Shown: positions 61,801-64,000 of the stretch, piece after piece
How positions within the stretch are numbered: the first letter of the stretch is position 1
How the letters are laid out: each line of letters starts with the position of its first letter
From: Yuukianura sp. NJ FZ-2021
Lineage: Eukaryota
Reading direction: 5' to 3'
DNA length: 64,000 nt
Assembly (NCBI GenBank): GCA_046563655.1
Contig: CM102290.1
Span: 4,774,001-4,838,000, forward strand
Notes under the pieces: generated by a model
What the model was told of the DNA's origin: nothing
What the model saw: only the letters and a program-made list of their open reading frames with translations
The model's database searches: none
Position numbers and translations under genes: made by a program

Positions 61801-63151
61801 GGTACTTCTCTAAAGACAGCAAAACTTATGGCCCCTTAAAAGTTTCCACAGAACAAATCCCTACATTGGCCCGAGTCACACGTTTCGAGTCCACACTTGC
61901 TTTGAAACACACTATCGAAAATATGCTTTCAAAGCAGAGACAGCCAGTTCTAAGAAGATCGACTCGTTGTCATGGTGGAAATGAATCACTCCCAGGCCAA
62001 GCACGGAAACGACTCTCTAGTAATCTATATATGTCCGATCAATTGTTCCGACAAGAACTAAATAAGAGGCAGAAGGGGGTAAAGAATGCCAAGGTCACAA
62101 CACAAGCTTGGCTTCAAGTGCTTGACATGATGTGAGGCATGTCAGTCACTGGGCAAACCATGACTAGGTGAGGAGAGCCAACGTCCATTTACAAAGTGGT
62201 CGAAACCACTTGAGGGGAAGCTTAAGGTCGTGACTTGGAGGAAATGAAAATGGAGAGGTAAATACGCCAAGGAATCTTCTTCCTCTCAGAACCTCTGTAG
62301 CATCCACATCCCAATGTACCATGAACATACACCGAGAGAAGAGATGAGGATGCTTGATTGCTAGAATGGAATTTTAACATTTGACAAGTGGAAGCTCATG
62401 CTGTGGAAGTTAGCTTATTGAAATCCATTAATCAGTCACAAGCACAAGCATTCTCAGAAGTTTCAAAACCCATTTTCAAGTGTTTACAGTTTGTCAAATT
62501 CGGAATCGTGACGAAGAGGCCTGTCACAGAAGAGGAAAGACCTCCGCCCTTAAATTCCCATAGTGTGATGCCTCATGCTAAAAAAACAGTTACACACTGA
62601 AATGTTCACAGGGAGCAAAACAAATTAAGCCGTGACAGAACACAGTCATACATCAATCCTGAATTTTCCAATTCCTTTAAGAGCTAAAGTCCTTCGATCC
62701 CGGATTACTTTGGACAGAAGTCAAGGAAGGAGGTCTTGGAATGGGGAAGTCTTGTCACTTTCTTACTCTTCTTCAGATGATATGAAGCACTTTAAAAAGT
62801 CTTGAATGAATTTCCAGATTAAGGATGGATGATACACTTTTCAACTTGAAAAAGTTACATTTATCTCTCCCGTCTAAAGTCTACACACACGGAAATGTTC
62901 CTTCACAACATCCAGAAATCCTTACCTAAACAAGAAAAGTTTTCAAACAGTTTCCAAAAATTAAAACTGGCTTTTCTCGCGTTTTCAAATTTAAAAAAGT
63001 TTTGCAGCAAGATTGAGCCTCAAGGAATATTTGACTTGGGGAATTGGTGTAATGTAACAAAAAAAAATGTCGAAATAATTTTTCGTTTAATTTCAGTGTT
63101 TTAAGCAATCAATCAACTTTTGTTCCCCTTCATACGCCTATATTTTATAGC

Positions 63152-63557
63152 AGCACATTCTGCCTTCAACCTCCGTGCAAAAACCAGTTGAAGTTTCAAG
63201 GTTGTGACGAATCTGTAACTAGTCAAGATTTCAAATACAAGTCATACAGTGTACTGTCGTCTCGTTAATTTACGATTAAAAAATACGATTAGATGCAATG
63301 AATTCAAGTGCCCGATATGCTCGGAGCTCCCACGGAGCGTCTTCAAACTGTACTACGCAAGTCTTGTGAAGCGTAAAGAAATTGGAGGTCAAAGATACCT
63401 AAGTGTCACCGTCCATACACAAGAAATTGATACTTCAAGAACTTTTCATACGCGTTTCTGTTTATGTATGTCTATATTTACTGATTCAGTGTATTTGTCC
63501 AACGCAAACGTAAAAGTTCGAAAAGAGTTAGCGTCTAGTCTTTGGATTTGGAATTAA
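63152..63557 (+). CDS. Possible partial Cys-rich/RING-like exons (incomplete, may be a pseudogene)
   Basis: STFCLQPPCK... (63152-63240) splices in phase through a GT(63241)-AG(63292) intron to CNEFKCPICSELPRSVFKLYY. No start exon was found. Confidence 0.25.
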
Positions 63558-64000
63558 TCTTAAGACTGCAACACACACTGCTGACTGCTGCATCATGTTT
63601 TCCATTTCTTTGATTTTTTTTTCTTTGAAGATACAAATGTCTCGCCCCGCAGAGCCGGTTTTTCGATACAAAAAGAACAAACTAAAAGCAAAATAAAAAG
63701 TGCTTTTATAAATTCAAATCTTTTGATTGTGAATCCTAAGTTCCCACACAGCAAGGTTTAATAGCCATTTCTACTTCTCCAGAACCGTCACGTCTAGCCA
63801 TTTTCAAAAAAAAAAAAGACAAGACAACCAACTTTTCGAAAAAAAAATTTTTTTTCCTTCAAACGAAATAAAGAAAATAGATCTGCGTCTACCGGTTTTT
63901 ACGCACTCAATGAAACTTGAGCTCGTCTCCGACGCATTGGAAAAACAAACAATATGGCGGAGACTTCTGTACGTAGCAAGAGATCAAATTTAACATAAAC

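Noticed and set aside
61481..62400. Retrotransposon remnant
   Set aside because: No reverse-transcriptase, endonuclease, integrase or gag motifs seen in the listed ORFs or the frames I read.

Overview
Compact, intron-rich eukaryotic DNA (AT-rich, many 50-100 bp GT-AG introns), most consistent with a small-genome arthropod. Five conserved genes are recognisable: SVOP (-), the bridge-like lipid transfer protein BLTP2/KIAA0100/hobbit (+), MRPL50 (-), MED13 (+) and GOSR1 (-). A GAS2-like/pigs cytolinker gene (-) is also clear. Manual splicing supports three further genes that I cannot name with certainty: a ~603-aa orphan with an internal duplication (1323-3890, -), a ~255-aa S/T-P-rich protein that may be a remote PIMREG/FAM64A relative with a G2/M-type promoter (41703-42727, +), and a 4-exon ~173-aa orphan upstream of and antisense to the GAS2-like CDS (55073-55832, +). 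The first coding exon of a gene leaving the window lies at 219-322. Several unrelated inverted-repeat (MITE-like) elements sit in introns and intergenic DNA. I saw no rRNA, tRNA, CRISPR array or autonomous transposon, and no clearly new multi-gene system. All exon models were read by eye, and homology calls rest on recalled motifs, not database searches.
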